DNA of 64,000 nucleotides, taken from Escherichia phage vB_EcoM_I14.1. Made by a program: the position numbers and the translations under genes. The DNA lies in sequence record PP892526.1; one strand, written 5' to 3'. How positions within the stretch are numbered: position 1 is the first letter of the stretch; each line of letters starts with the position of its first letter. The notes below the pieces were generated by a model that did not search any database, was not told where the DNA came from, and saw only the letters and a list, made by a program, of their open reading frames with translations. Shown one piece after another: positions 15,611-25,692 of this stretch.

Positions 15611-16345
15611 ATGAAAGAGATGACAGAACAAGGTAAGGAGATTTTTAATCTCTTAAAAACCGGTAGAGGGTTTTCTAATCCCCTTATTACTGGTGCAGCA
15701 GTTCTCGGTGGAACAGTAGCTGCCTCTACATCACTTGTAAGCTCTATTAGCTCTGTAACAGACCCTACAATAAAGGATAAGCTTATTGCTGCTGGACTTA
15801 CAACAGTTCTGCTTAATAGCTTTACAACGAGTCTGACAAGCACTACATCAACCACTAAGACACTGACAGATTACGGTCAAAAGTCCATTGATGAGTTTTC
15901 ATCACGTATGCAGGTAGCAAAAGGCTACTCTAATGTTATGGGTGCAGCAGGGGAACAAGTTGGTTGTACACCATTTAGTGGTATTATGGGCGTTGCTACA
16001 GAATATGGTCAAAAAGCTATTGACACAATTAACAGTACACTAGACGGTGTTAATGATGTATTAAGTGACTTACAAGATGCTATTGATAAAGGTCTTGATA
16101 CTATTTCTGATTTAGCTAACCAAGCTGTTAGCAAGATTAATGAAGGTATCTCGAAGATTACAGCTTATGCAGATGAAGTTGTGCAGATGATTGAAGAAGA
16201 AGCTGCCCTTATTGCAGAGTACCTTAAAACGAATATCAATGGGTTCTTAGCAGGTATCTTACCAGACTGGTTTGATGATGCTTGTAAAACTGGTGTAATT
16301 GACACTATTGCAACACCAGAAATGAAGAACGCATTACAGAAATAA
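15611..16345 (+). CDS. hypothetical Ser/Thr-rich protein
   Basis: ORF track start 15548 lies inside tRNA-Phe; ATG at 15611 with AAGGTG RBS. Confidence 0.6.
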   Translation: MKEMTEQGKEIFNLLKTGRGFSNPLITGAAVLGGTVAASTSLVSSISSVTDPTIKDKLIAAGLTTVLLNSFTTSLTSTTSTTKTLTDYGQKSIDEFSSRMQVAKGYSNVMGAAGEQVGCTPFSGIMGVATEYGQKAIDTINSTLDGVNDVLSDLQDAIDKGLDTISDLANQAVSKINEGISKITAYADEVVQMIEEEAALIAEYLKTNINGFLAGILPDWFDDACKTGVIDTIATPEMKNALQK

Positions 16346-16346
16346 T

Positions 16347-16439
16347 GGAAGATTAACCCTAAAAGGTAAGGGAGCAGTTTGCTAAACTGCCAGTAGCTGA
16401 GAAATCGGTGTACCAGTTCAAGTCTGGTATCTTCCTCCA
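16347..16439 (+). tRNA. tRNA-Ser(GCT), long variable arm
   Basis: Acceptor GGAAGAT/ATCTTCC, anticodon stem GCAGT/ACTGC, loop TTGCTAA, CCA. Confidence 0.75.
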
Positions 16440-16443
16440 ATTT

Positions 16444-16519
16444 GAATCCGTGACAGAAATGGCTATGTGCCTGTCTGCAAAACAGGTTTATAAGGGTTCG
16501 AGTCCCTTCGGATTCTCCA
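16444..16519 (+). tRNA. tRNA-Cys(GCA)
   Basis: Anticodon stem CCTGT/ACAGG, loop CTGCAAA, T-arm AAGGGttcgagtCCCTT, CCA. Confidence 0.7.
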
Positions 16520-16556
16520 AATTATTTTACTCTCTCTCAATTAAAATAATAATAAT

Positions 16557-16616
16557 GCCCTGCTATAAGTATTCTTCCTTTCGCTACCGAAGAGTATTTT
16601 TAGACAGGGCTTTTTT
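16557..16616 (+). terminator. rho-independent terminator ending tRNA cluster
   Basis: GCCCTG..CAGGGC stem with internal hairpin, then TTTTTT. Confidence 0.65.
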
Positions 16617-16681
16617 ACAGAGTTATACTTTATAAGAAGACTTATACAGTATGTCTCTGACGTACATTGTGGTTTCTCCTT

Positions 16682-16705
16682 GACGGTCTCTGTACCGTCT
16701 TTTTT
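16682..16705 (+). terminator. rho-independent terminator
   Basis: GACGGT-ctctgt-ACCGTC TTTTTT. Confidence 0.75.
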
Positions 16706-16741
16706 AAGGAGAAACATGGTTAATTATTTGGAGAAAACATA

Positions 16742-16942
16742 ATGAGTGAGACCGTTTACAAAGAACTTTATGAAGCTAATAAAAAGCTAGAATTTATGCA
16801 GAACACTATCATGGCAATTGCAGATAGATTATCTGTAGCAACAGGTATTGATATCAAAGAAGCCTCTATGGATGCACTTCTTGATGCTGTTGATGCAAAG
16901 TTCGAAGTTAAGAAAGAAGAGACTGCTACAGACTCTGAATAA
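16742..16942 (+). CDS. hypothetical small protein upstream of terminase
   Basis: 66-aa ORF with GGAG RBS. Confidence 0.55.
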   Translation: MSETVYKELYEANKKLEFMQNTIMAIADRLSVATGIDIKEASMDALLDAVDAKFEVKKEETATDSE

Positions 16943-16963
16943 TTCTATTTGCGGAGGTGCTTA

Positions 16964-18565
16964 ATGGACTTAAATGCTGTTAAGCAGAAGCGAGTGGAAG
17001 ATGTTAGGAAAGTCCTAGCTGGAGAGTTGGGGCTTTCTGATGAAGTAAAAGAAATTATCAAATCATTCGGTAAAGACCCCTCTAAATTCCTTCCAACTCA
17101 AATTCTGACTTTATTAAGATACACACCAGACCAAGTTAGACTTATCTTCAAATTGATGACTGATAAGAACTATGTAGCCCCTCAGCCGGGTTCTCAAGAG
17201 GTGTTTTTAAATACTAATGCTGACTTGGTTTTATATGGTGGTGCTGCTGGTGCTGGTAAAACTGCTGCATTGTTAATGGACTCTTTAAGGTTTATTGAAG
17301 ACCCTAACTATAATGCTGTATATTTCCGTCGAAATACAACACAGTTACAAGGTGGTTTATGGCCTGCTGCAAAGAAACTATTTGGTAAGTTTGGTGGGGT
17401 TCCTCACGAGCAGAAGATGACTATCACATTCCCTTCTGGGGCAACTATCAAGTTCACCTACCTAGAACTTGAAAAGCACGCTGAAGGTCATCAGGGTATT
17501 GAATACTCAGCTATCTACTTTGACGAAGGCACACACTTCTCTGCTTCACAGATTTCATACCTACAGACCCGTCTGCGTTCTGGCGCTGAAGGTGACTCAT
17601 ACATGAAGATTTCTATGAACCCAGATAGAGACCACTTCATTTATGATTGGGTAGAACCCTTCTTAGATGAAGAAGGTTACCCAGACCCTGAGAAGTGCGG
17701 TCGTATTCGTTGGTATGTTATGAATGATGGTGTGATGGTTTCTGATTGGGAAAGAGACAAGATTCTTGAAATGTTCCCTCTTGAGATTCCTCAGACATAC
17801 ACCTTCATCTCTGGTACGATTGATGATAACCCAATTCTTGACTTCTTAGAACCTAAATATCGTGGTAAGTTGGAAAACAACACACCTGTAAACGTTGCAA
17901 GACTTCGTTTCGGTAACTGGAAGGCTCGTGCAGAAGGTTCAAACTATTGGCAAAGACAGTGGTGTGAGATTGTTGATTCACTCCCAGAAGATGTGTTTGA
18001 TGTCAGAGCATGGGACTTAGCAGCGACTTTACCATCTGAAATTAACCCTAACCCAGACTGGACAGCGGGTGTTAAGATGGGTAAATCTAAAAAAGACGGT
18101 TGCTATTATATCATTGATGTAGTAAGATTTAGAGATAGACCCTCTGGAGTCGAAACACAAATTAATTTGACTGCTGAAAGTGACGGTAAGCGAACTGGTA
18201 TTTTTATCCCTCAAGACCCAGGCGCTGCTGGTAAATCCTATGCAACATCCCTCATCAGGAAACTTGCCGAGAAAGGTTATCGCGCAAGAGCTAAACCAAC
18301 AAATAAAGATAAAGTTACCCGCTTTGCGGGATTTTCTGCTGCTTCTGAAGCTGGACTTGTAAAAGTCTTGAGAGGTAGTTGGAACGAAGCTTACTTTCAA
18401 GAACTTGAAGGTTTTTGTGGTGATGGCAAAACTAAAGATGACCAAGTGGATGCTACCAGTGATGCTTTCAACAGTCTTAATGAAGTTAAATTATTCAAGC
18501 CACCATCAATGGGTGCTCACACAGACTTAGTGAGAGGAAACCCATATGAGGGGCTTAGACGTTGA
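16964..18565 (+). CDS. terminase large subunit
   Basis: Walker A LYGGAAGAGKTAA, ~530 aa, directly upstream of portal; ATG 16964 with GGAGG RBS. Confidence 0.85.
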   Translation: MDLNAVKQKRVEDVRKVLAGELGLSDEVKEIIKSFGKDPSKFLPTQILTLLRYTPDQVRLIFKLMTDKNYVAPQPGSQEVFLNTNADLVLYGGAAGAGKTAALLMDSLRFIEDPNYNAVYFRRNTTQLQGGLWPAAKKLFGKFGGVPHEQKMTITFPSGATIKFTYLELEKHAEGHQGIEYSAIYFDEGTHFSASQISYLQTRLRSGAEGDSYMKISMNPDRDHFIYDWVEPFLDEEGYPDPEKCGRIRWYVMNDGVMVSDWERDKILEMFPLEIPQTYTFISGTIDDNPILDFLEPKYRGKLENNTPVNVARLRFGNWKARAEGSNYWQRQWCEIVDSLPEDVFDVRAWDLAATLPSEINPNPDWTAGVKMGKSKKDGCYYIIDVVRFRDRPSGVETQINLTAESDGKRTGIFIPQDPGAAGKSYATSLIRKLAEKGYRARAKPTNKDKVTRFAGFSAASEAGLVKVLRGSWNEAYFQELEGFCGDGKTKDDQVDATSDAFNSLNEVKLFKPPSMGAHTDLVRGNPYEGLRR

Positions 18566-18581
18566 TAGCTAGGTGAGAAGA

Positions 18582-20048
18582 ATGGCAGATATTACAGAAA
18601 CACAAGAAAGCTTACCACCATTTAGAATGGGTGAAGTAGGTTCTTTGGGTCTGAAGGTTAAGAATGGAAGAATCTATGAAGAACCTCGTCAGGCACTAAG
18701 GTTCCCTGAAAGTATTAAAACTTTCCAATTAATGATGCGTGACCCTGCTGTAGCAGCATCTGTAAATATTATTAAGATGTTTGTCAGAAAAGTCAACTGG
18801 AGATTCGTACCTCCAAAGGGAAAAGAGCAAGACCCTAAAATGCTTGAAAGAGCAGACTTCTTTAATTCTTTAATGGATGACATGGAGCATGATTGGGCAG
18901 ATTTTATTAACTCTGTAATGTCATTCTGCACTTATGGGTTCTGTGTTAACGAAAAGGTTTATAAGAAACGTCAGGGTAAAAAAGGAAAGTACCAGTCAAA
19001 ATTTGATGATGGTCTAATTGGGTGGGCTAAATTACCAATCAGAAACCAGTCAACACTTGATAAGTGGTATTTTGACGAAGACTTTAGAAAAGTTACTGGT
19101 GTTAGACAAAATCTAAGAAATGTTTCACATATTGCTGGAGCAATTAATCTTGGAGAAAGACCACTAACAAGAAAACTTCCACGAGCTAAATTCATGCTGT
19201 TTAAGTATGATGATGAGTATGGTAACCCAGAAGGTCGTTCACCATTACTTAATGCTTATGTACCGTGGAAGTATAAAGTACAGATTGAAGAGTATGAAGC
19301 TGTTGGTGTTTCAAGAGACTTAGTAGGTATGCCAAAGATTGGTTTACCACCAGACTATCTGGATGAAAATGCAGAACCTGAAAAGAAAGCTTTCGTACAA
19401 TACTGCAAAACTGTTGTTAATGATATGATTGCTAACGACAGAGCAGGTTTAATCTGGCCTAGATATATCGACCCAGATACTAAAGAGGATATTTTTGAGT
19501 TCTCATTAGTTTCTAGACAGGGTGCTAAAGCATATGATACAGGTTCTATTATTGACAGATATTCCAAGCAAATCATGATGGCATTTATGTCAGATGTTCT
19601 TGCTATGGGTCAGTCAAAATACGGTTCATTCTCTCTTGCAGATTCTAAGACAAGCTTATTAGCAATGTCAGTAGATATTCTGCTGAAGCAAATTAAGAAC
19701 GTAATTAACCGTGACTTAGTTGCACAGACTTATGCTCTTAATATGTGGGATGATGAAGAACATGTGCAAATCACATATGATGATATCGAAACTCCAGACC
19801 TTGAAGCAATTGGTTCTTATATTCAGAAGACTGTTGCAGTAGGTGCTTTGGAAGTTGACAAAGAGCTATCTAACAAACTTAGAGAGCATATTGGTCTTCC
19901 TCCTGCTGATGAGTCTCAGCCAGTATCTGAAAAGCTTTCTCCGAATAGTCAAAGCCGTTCAGGAGACGGTTATAAGACCGCTGGAGAAGGTACTGCAAAG
20001 ACACCTTCAGCGAAAGACCCAAGCACAGCAAATAAGGCAAATAAATAA
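18582..20048 (+). CDS. portal protein
   Basis: ~490 aa immediately after terminase, acidic C-terminus; ATG 18582 with AGGTGAG RBS. Confidence 0.75.
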   Translation: MADITETQESLPPFRMGEVGSLGLKVKNGRIYEEPRQALRFPESIKTFQLMMRDPAVAASVNIIKMFVRKVNWRFVPPKGKEQDPKMLERADFFNSLMDDMEHDWADFINSVMSFCTYGFCVNEKVYKKRQGKKGKYQSKFDDGLIGWAKLPIRNQSTLDKWYFDEDFRKVTGVRQNLRNVSHIAGAINLGERPLTRKLPRAKFMLFKYDDEYGNPEGRSPLLNAYVPWKYKVQIEEYEAVGVSRDLVGMPKIGLPPDYLDENAEPEKKAFVQYCKTVVNDMIANDRAGLIWPRYIDPDTKEDIFEFSLVSRQGAKAYDTGSIIDRYSKQIMMAFMSDVLAMGQSKYGSFSLADSKTSLLAMSVDILLKQIKNVINRDLVAQTYALNMWDDEEHVQITYDDIETPDLEAIGSYIQKTVAVGALEVDKELSNKLREHIGLPPADESQPVSEKLSPNSQSRSGDGYKTAGEGTAKTPSAKDPSTANKANK

Positions 20049-20548
20049 TGGCTGAAGTTATCTCTATTTCAAATGCTACACGAGTGCATTCGTATAGAGG
20101 TGTCCTTATCATTACTGATAAGTTATCTGTAGAGGCTGGCTCAAGGGTCAGCCTTTCAGGTTATGTTAGTGATGGTGGAATCTCTGACGTTTTCACTATT
20201 TGTAGGTTACTTGATGCACCAATGAGTGGAAAACCGTTTATTTCAGGAAATTGTAGTGAAATTGTTAAAATTCCATTTGACAGTTCATGCCTTTTGGGTG
20301 TAAAGTTATATAACTGCGAGAATAAACGTATCAATGTTAATAGCATTGAAGCCGCTTTCATTACCCTCGACACTGCATTTCAATCTCCAATGACAGTTAA
20401 TAAAGAAACAAACAGACTTGGATACATTTTTTCACAAAATGATTACAAAGTACTTGTCAAAGGTAAAGTATATGATATGATTGTAAATGTGGTAGATGAA
20501 TCTGGTAACCATTCAACAGTCCTTAAACAAAAAGTAAGGTTTAATTAA
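20048..20548 (+). CDS. hypothetical head-module protein
   Basis: 166-aa ORF, start/stop coupled. Confidence 0.6.
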   Translation: MAEVISISNATRVHSYRGVLIITDKLSVEAGSRVSLSGYVSDGGISDVFTICRLLDAPMSGKPFISGNCSEIVKIPFDSSCLLGVKLYNCENKRINVNSIEAAFITLDTAFQSPMTVNKETNRLGYIFSQNDYKVLVKGKVYDMIVNVVDESGNHSTVLKQKVRFN

Positions 20549-20880
20549 TGGGAACATTAACTATTGATGGTAAGAATAAAATCCTCGCCACGCTAACCCC
20601 AACGACTATTATTTTACACAATGTAGACCCAACGGCAGACCCTACAGCAAATAAGGTTACTCAGCCAGTGGCTATTTATTTTTCTGAACCGGATAATGGC
20701 TTAATTGCCTCAGAAGACACAGTTAATATTACTGTTCCAGCTTCTGCAACGGTCTCACACTATAGCTTGTGGGATGCTAACGATAAATGCGTGGCAACTG
20801 GTGCTCTTAGCAAACCTCAATTCTTTGCTGAAGAAGGTATCTATGTTATCTCTTCAGTCTCTGTAGATTTAAACAAATAG
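20548..20880 (+). CDS. hypothetical head-module protein
   Basis: 110-aa ORF. Confidence 0.6.
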   Translation: MGTLTIDGKNKILATLTPTTIILHNVDPTADPTANKVTQPVAIYFSEPDNGLIASEDTVNITVPASATVSHYSLWDANDKCVATGALSKPQFFAEEGIYVISSVSVDLNK

Positions 20881-20891
20881 GGTGAGTAAAA

Positions 20892-22238
20892 ATGAGTTCG
20901 AATATCTTCAGACTTGCTGATAGATTATTCAACCAACCTTTACTAGCCACTGAATCATTAGCTCACTCAGCAGCAACTTATGTGAATAACAGATTGCTGG
21001 GTGATGTCCAAGCAGCAGTAAACTTTGATAAACCTAAAGGTGAAGCAAGAAGTCTTTTAAAAGTAAAAGATGACATTGCTATTATCCCTATTATGGGTGG
21101 TTTAACTCATCGTATGACATTCATTGATGCAATGTGTACAGGTGGTTTAAGCTCTTATGAAGGTTTACGCAGAGGCTTTGACGAAGCTCTAGCAGATGAG
21201 TCAATCAAGACTATTGTTCTGCATATTGATTCTGGTGGTGGTGAAGCTTCAGGTTGCTTTGAATTAGCACGTCACATCATGGCTTCAAGAGGCCAAAAGA
21301 AAATTATTGCTTATGTAGATGAGTTCGCTTGTTCCGCTGCATATGCTCTTGCATCTTCTGCTGAAGAAATTATTGCATCACCAGATGCAGATGTTGGTTC
21401 TATTGGTGTAATCATGGTTCATCAGGAATTAACTAAGGCATTTGAAAAGAATGGCGTAACAATTAACGTCATCAAAGCTGGTGAGTTTAAAGGTATGGGT
21501 TCACCATTCCAAGCACTTTCAGAAGAAAGCAAAGAAAGACTTCAAAAGAGAATTAATGATACCTACGCAACCTTTACAGGTTTTGTAGCTGAATCGCGTA
21601 ATCTCTCTGAAGAAGCTGTAAAGAATACTGAGGCGAATGTTTATTCTGCTCAGGAAGCTCTTGAACTTGGTTTAATTAACTCAATCATGTCTCAAGATGA
21701 TTTCTTAAATTACTTACAAGGTTCTGAAGAGGCTCCTGTAAGTTTAAACGTTAACAATTCAGGTGAAGAAATGACTGAACAAGAAAAGCAAGAACTAGAA
21801 GCTTTGCGTCTTCAGGTTGCTCAAATGAAAGCTAAAGAACAGGAAGCTGCTTTGTCAGATTTGACTAATAAGATTTCTGCTTCTGCTGAAGCTTTTGGCT
21901 TTGATGCAAAAGAAGCTGCAACGACTATTTTAGGTGCTGGTCTTGATAACCCTCTGAGCGTTCTGTTTATGAATGCTATGGAAGGTGCTAACCAGAAACT
22001 TAATGAAACTATCGCGTCCCATGCTTCTGCAATGGAAGAAAAAGAATCAGAAATTACCAAGCTGAAAGAAACTGCTGGTGCTGTTCTTGAACATTCCAAC
22101 GCTATGGAAGAAGTGGGTAATGACGGCGAAGCTGATTTGGTTGAAGAAGAAAAAGAACCAGCTAAGAATGCTTCCGAAGACACCGCTGAACAACGCAAAC
22201 TGGCTCTCCAGAATGCTCTAAAATCTCTTATCAAATAA
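20892..22238 (+). CDS. prohead protease (S49/ClpP-like) fused to scaffold-like domain
   Basis: N-terminal IPIMGG..HIDSGGGEASG..YVDEFACSAAYALAS peptidase motifs; C-terminal 150 aa coiled-coil, acidic. Confidence 0.75.
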   Translation: MSSNIFRLADRLFNQPLLATESLAHSAATYVNNRLLGDVQAAVNFDKPKGEARSLLKVKDDIAIIPIMGGLTHRMTFIDAMCTGGLSSYEGLRRGFDEALADESIKTIVLHIDSGGGEASGCFELARHIMASRGQKKIIAYVDEFACSAAYALASSAEEIIASPDADVGSIGVIMVHQELTKAFEKNGVTINVIKAGEFKGMGSPFQALSEESKERLQKRINDTYATFTGFVAESRNLSEEAVKNTEANVYSAQEALELGLINSIMSQDDFLNYLQGSEEAPVSLNVNNSGEEMTEQEKQELEALRLQVAQMKAKEQEAALSDLTNKISASAEAFGFDAKEAATTILGAGLDNPLSVLFMNAMEGANQKLNETIASHASAMEEKESEITKLKETAGAVLEHSNAMEEVGNDGEADLVEEEKEPAKNASEDTAEQRKLALQNALKSLIK

Positions 22239-22249
22239 GGAACACAACA

Positions 22250-22627
22250 ATGGCATATCAAGGTTTTACTAAGTTAGGTAAAAGAGAACCTCTGAATGAT
22301 ATCATTCTTTGGGAACAGGTTACCCCAACAGGCCACTCTCGTAAAGAGTACACTCCACAGGCATCTACAGAATACCGTGTAGGCGAAGTTCTGAAAGCAG
22401 ATGGTACTAAAGTTGCAGCAGGGGAAGAAGCTCAGGCTGATTCTGTATGTATTGTTAACTTTTATGCAGACCTGCAACTGTCTTACCACGGTCAGTTGAA
22501 AGTTGTTGGTATTTACCGCGACGCAGAGCTAAAAGACCTGCTTACTCTTGAGTCAGGTGTTGATGCTGCCGCAGTCAAGACAGCTCTGGCTGCTAAAGGT
22601 ATCGATTTCGTACCAACTGGCCTGTAA
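22250..22627 (+). CDS. head decoration protein (lambda gpD-like)
   Basis: 125-aa protein immediately upstream of capsid gene. Confidence 0.55.
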   Translation: MAYQGFTKLGKREPLNDIILWEQVTPTGHSRKEYTPQASTEYRVGEVLKADGTKVAAGEEAQADSVCIVNFYADLQLSYHGQLKVVGIYRDAELKDLLTLESGVDAAAVKTALAAKGIDFVPTGL

Positions 22628-22660
22628 TAACAATAATAAGACATTCTGGAGAATTTTACA

Positions 22661-23767
22661 ATGTTGACTAATTCTGAAAAAAGCAGATTTTTCCTTGCTG
22701 ACCTGACTGGTGAAGTCCAGTCTATCCCAAATACTTATGGGTATATTTCCAACTTAGGTCTGTTCCGCTCAGCACCAATCACCCAAACTACTTTCCTTAT
22801 GGATTTGACTGATTGGGATGTTAGCTTGCTTGATGCGGTAGACCGCGATAGTCGTAAAGCAGAGACTAGCGCACCTGAGCGTGTTCGTCAAATCAGCTTC
22901 CCAATGATGTACTTCAAAGAAGTTGAAAGCATCACTCCTGACGAGATTCAGGGTGTACGTCAGCCAGGCACTGCAAACGAACTGACTACTGAAGCTGTAG
23001 TACGTGCTAAGAAGCTGATGAAGATTCGTACCAAGTTCGATATTACTCGTGAGTTCCTGTTTATGCAAGCTCTGAAGGGTAAAGTTGTCGATGCTCGTGG
23101 TACTCTGTACGCTGACCTGTACAAGCAGTTCGACGTTGAGAAGAAGACTATTTACTTCGACCTTGACAATCCTAATGCTGACATTGACGCTGCTATTGAA
23201 GAACTGCGTATGCACATGGAAGACGAAGCTAAGACTGGCACTGTAATCAACGGTGAAGAAATTCACGTAGTTGTTGACCGCCTGTTCTTCAGCAAACTGG
23301 TTAAACACCCTAAGATTCGTGACGCTTATCTTGCACAGCAGACTCCGCTGGCTTGGCAACAGATTACTGGTTCTCTGAGAACTGGTGGTACTGACGGCGT
23401 TCAGGCTCACATGAACACTTTCTACTACGGTGGTGTTAAGTTTGTCCAGTACAACGGTAAGTTCAAAGACAAGCGTGGCAAGGTTCACACTCTGGTAAGC
23501 ATTGATAGTGTAGCAGCAACTGTTGGTGTAGGTCATGCTTTCCCTAACGTTTCTATGCTGGGTGAAGCAAACAACATCTTCGAAGTGGCATATGGTCCAT
23601 GTCCTAAGATGGGTTATGCAAATACACTTGGTCAGGAACTGTACGTATTCGAATACGAAAAAGACCGTGACGAAGGTATTGACTTTGAAGCTCACTCTTA
23701 CATGCTGCCATACTGCACACGTCCTCAGTTGCTGGTAGACGTTCGTTCTGACGCTAAACCAGACTAA
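22661..23767 (+). CDS. major capsid protein (lambda gpE-like family)
   Basis: 368 aa, position after protease and decoration genes, high codon regularity. Confidence 0.75.
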   Translation: MLTNSEKSRFFLADLTGEVQSIPNTYGYISNLGLFRSAPITQTTFLMDLTDWDVSLLDAVDRDSRKAETSAPERVRQISFPMMYFKEVESITPDEIQGVRQPGTANELTTEAVVRAKKLMKIRTKFDITREFLFMQALKGKVVDARGTLYADLYKQFDVEKKTIYFDLDNPNADIDAAIEELRMHMEDEAKTGTVINGEEIHVVVDRLFFSKLVKHPKIRDAYLAQQTPLAWQQITGSLRTGGTDGVQAHMNTFYYGGVKFVQYNGKFKDKRGKVHTLVSIDSVAATVGVGHAFPNVSMLGEANNIFEVAYGPCPKMGYANTLGQELYVFEYEKDRDEGIDFEAHSYMLPYCTRPQLLVDVRSDAKPD

Positions 23768-23788
23768 TATTCTTAAGGAGGGTTATGA

Positions 23789-24238
23789 ATGTGCTATACA
23801 GGCGACCCAGCCAATAACCCTCTTGATAGAGTAAGAATCCTCTGCACAGACACCAATAATGATGAAATTCTTATTGAACAGTCTGTGCTAGAGTGGTTCT
23901 ATCTAGAATCTGGAAAGGATGAAAAGAAAGCAGCCATCAAAGCTCTTAAATATTTACTCTTTCAAGTAGCCAAGATGGGAGATGAGAAGGTTGGTGGTGT
24001 TTATTTACGTAACTCTTCCAGATTCAAATCTCTGAAAGCTGTTTATGACGACCTTGTTAAAAGCTCTGTTTCAGGACTACCCTATGCAGGTGGTATTAAT
24101 CAGTGCGACATTGATATGCGTCGTCAAAATCCTTGCTCTGTCAAGAAATACACAGAATATGGTGATGCTGCCAGATACGAAGGCAGAGATTACTGCAACC
24201 GTGTTAATGGCGTATTTATTATCGAGCGAGATGAATAA
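23789..24238 (+). CDS. hypothetical head-tail joining protein
   Basis: Position between capsid and tail genes. Confidence 0.5.
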   Translation: MCYTGDPANNPLDRVRILCTDTNNDEILIEQSVLEWFYLESGKDEKKAAIKALKYLLFQVAKMGDEKVGGVYLRNSSRFKSLKAVYDDLVKSSVSGLPYAGGINQCDIDMRRQNPCSVKKYTEYGDAARYEGRDYCNRVNGVFIIERDE

Positions 24239-24720
24239 TGGTTAAAAGGGTTATTCACCCCGCTAGAGCAAAATTAGTCGGGGCTATGAAGAACTTGCAA
24301 ACGGCTAATGCTCAAGTTGGGTATTTTCAAGAACAAGGTCAACATAGCTCTGGTTTTTCTTATCCTGCTTTAATGTATTTACAAGAAGTTATTGGGGTTC
24401 CTTCAGCTTCTGGTAAAGTATATCGTAGGTTGTTTGAAATCACTATGATGCTAAACAGACAGACCTTGTTAGAGCAGACTAAGAAGAATCTATATAAGCA
24501 ACTTAGCAGTCTCAACACAGACCCTTCAAATACCTTAGAAGCATTTGCAAAGAATGCTCAGAAGGCAATTAAAAGAGGCTTTGGTAATTCTGCTATCCTC
24601 CCTCCTAACGCACCTTCCACAGTCAAGAAAAAAGGCTTTAATGCACCTCTTGTCGAGACAGGTGACTTAAGGGAGAACCTTGCTTATAAAATTTCTACTA
24701 AGAAGGGTATTAAAAAATGA
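24238..24720 (+). CDS. hypothetical head-tail joining protein
   Basis: Position. Confidence 0.5.
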   Translation: MVKRVIHPARAKLVGAMKNLQTANAQVGYFQEQGQHSSGFSYPALMYLQEVIGVPSASGKVYRRLFEITMMLNRQTLLEQTKKNLYKQLSSLNTDPSNTLEAFAKNAQKAIKRGFGNSAILPPNAPSTVKKKGFNAPLVETGDLRENLAYKISTKKGIKK

Positions 24721-25118
24721 GACTCTTAAACAGACACAGCTTTATAGTAAAGCGTAAAGTCTCTGAAGACGGTTATTATAATGATGATGGTGATTGGGTA
24801 GCTTCACAAGATATTGTAGAGGTTAACTGTAAAGGTAATATCCAGCCATATATCAAAGGTTCTGTAAAGAATGGTACACAGATTGCTTTACCGGAAGGTA
24901 TTAGGCTTACCGATACAAGAATCCTGTATACTACATATAAACTTAGAACTTCAGATGATGTAGAGTGGAATGAGTCTGACATTGTTATGATTGATGGTCA
25001 TGAGTATGAAGTATTTATGACTATGGATTGGTCACAACAATTAGCCCATACGTCCCATTATGAATATATCATTATTAGAAGGGATAAAATGAATGCAGTT
25101 AGAAACAGCAGAACTTGA
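24717..25118 (+). CDS. hypothetical head-tail joining protein
   Basis: Position. Confidence 0.5.
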   Translation: MRLLNRHSFIVKRKVSEDGYYNDDGDWVASQDIVEVNCKGNIQPYIKGSVKNGTQIALPEGIRLTDTRILYTTYKLRTSDDVEWNESDIVMIDGHEYEVFMTMDWSQQLAHTSHYEYIIIRRDKMNAVRNSRT

Positions 25119-25692
25119 AAAAGGTCTAGTTAGAACCTTAGTGGATGTTATTGGTCACAGACTAGCTCGTGATAAAAATAATAGACCAAATGTAATTAGA
25201 GCTTACCCTTCTGATAACTCAAATGACAAAGGTTTAAAACCTGACCAGCCATTTATTACCGTATATTGTCAAGATGCTGCAACACCTTATGGTTGGGTTC
25301 TTGATAAGTTTGTTGAGGATGATGTAGTTTGCTACAGAATTGCTTTTCAGATTCCAGTATTAATTACGGTAAATGGTAAAGGCGCTCACAGTATTATGCT
25401 TGAGCTTAAACAACGATTAGAGATGAGTTCAGTCAGAGATTTAATTCTTGAAGAGACAGGAGCTACAGTTCTAGATACTGGAGCTATCCCAAATGACTAC
25501 ACTTATCTTAATACAGATTTCGAAAATTCTGCACCTCTTGTTGTAACTCTTGTAAAAAATTCAGTCCTGAAAGATGAACGTGGAGGTATTATTGAACGTG
25601 TCATTGTTGATGGTGAATTGGTTTACGAAGAAGGACAAGAGCCACCAGAATATACTATCCATCTAGATGTAGACTCCAAAGGGGTAAAATAA
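25093..25692 (+). CDS. hypothetical tail-completion protein
   Basis: Position. Confidence 0.5.
   Translation: MQLETAELEKGLVRTLVDVIGHRLARDKNNRPNVIRAYPSDNSNDKGLKPDQPFITVYCQDAATPYGWVLDKFVEDDVVCYRIAFQIPVLITVNGKGAHSIMLELKQRLEMSSVRDLILEETGATVLDTGAIPNDYTYLNTDFENSAPLVVTLVKNSVLKDERGGIIERVIVDGELVYEEGQEPPEYTIHLDVDSKGVK

Noticed and set aside
16949-16963. Upstream TTG/GTG-extended starts given by the ORF track (terminase 16949, portal 18573, ligase 47256, polymerase 51466, helicase 53931, 15548, 37390, 62735)
   Set aside because: In each case an in-frame ATG with a better-spaced Shine-Dalgarno sequence lies downstream and removes overlap with the neighbouring gene or tRNA
22769-23695. 308-aa minus-strand ORF inside the capsid gene, and other antisense ORFs inside strong genes (e.g. 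2433..2693, 3268..3606, 5886..6268, 18029..18445, 49046..51220)
   Set aside because: They lie fully within longer, functionally supported genes on the opposite strand, have low-complexity or Cys/Ser-rich products and no RBS; treated as frame artefacts
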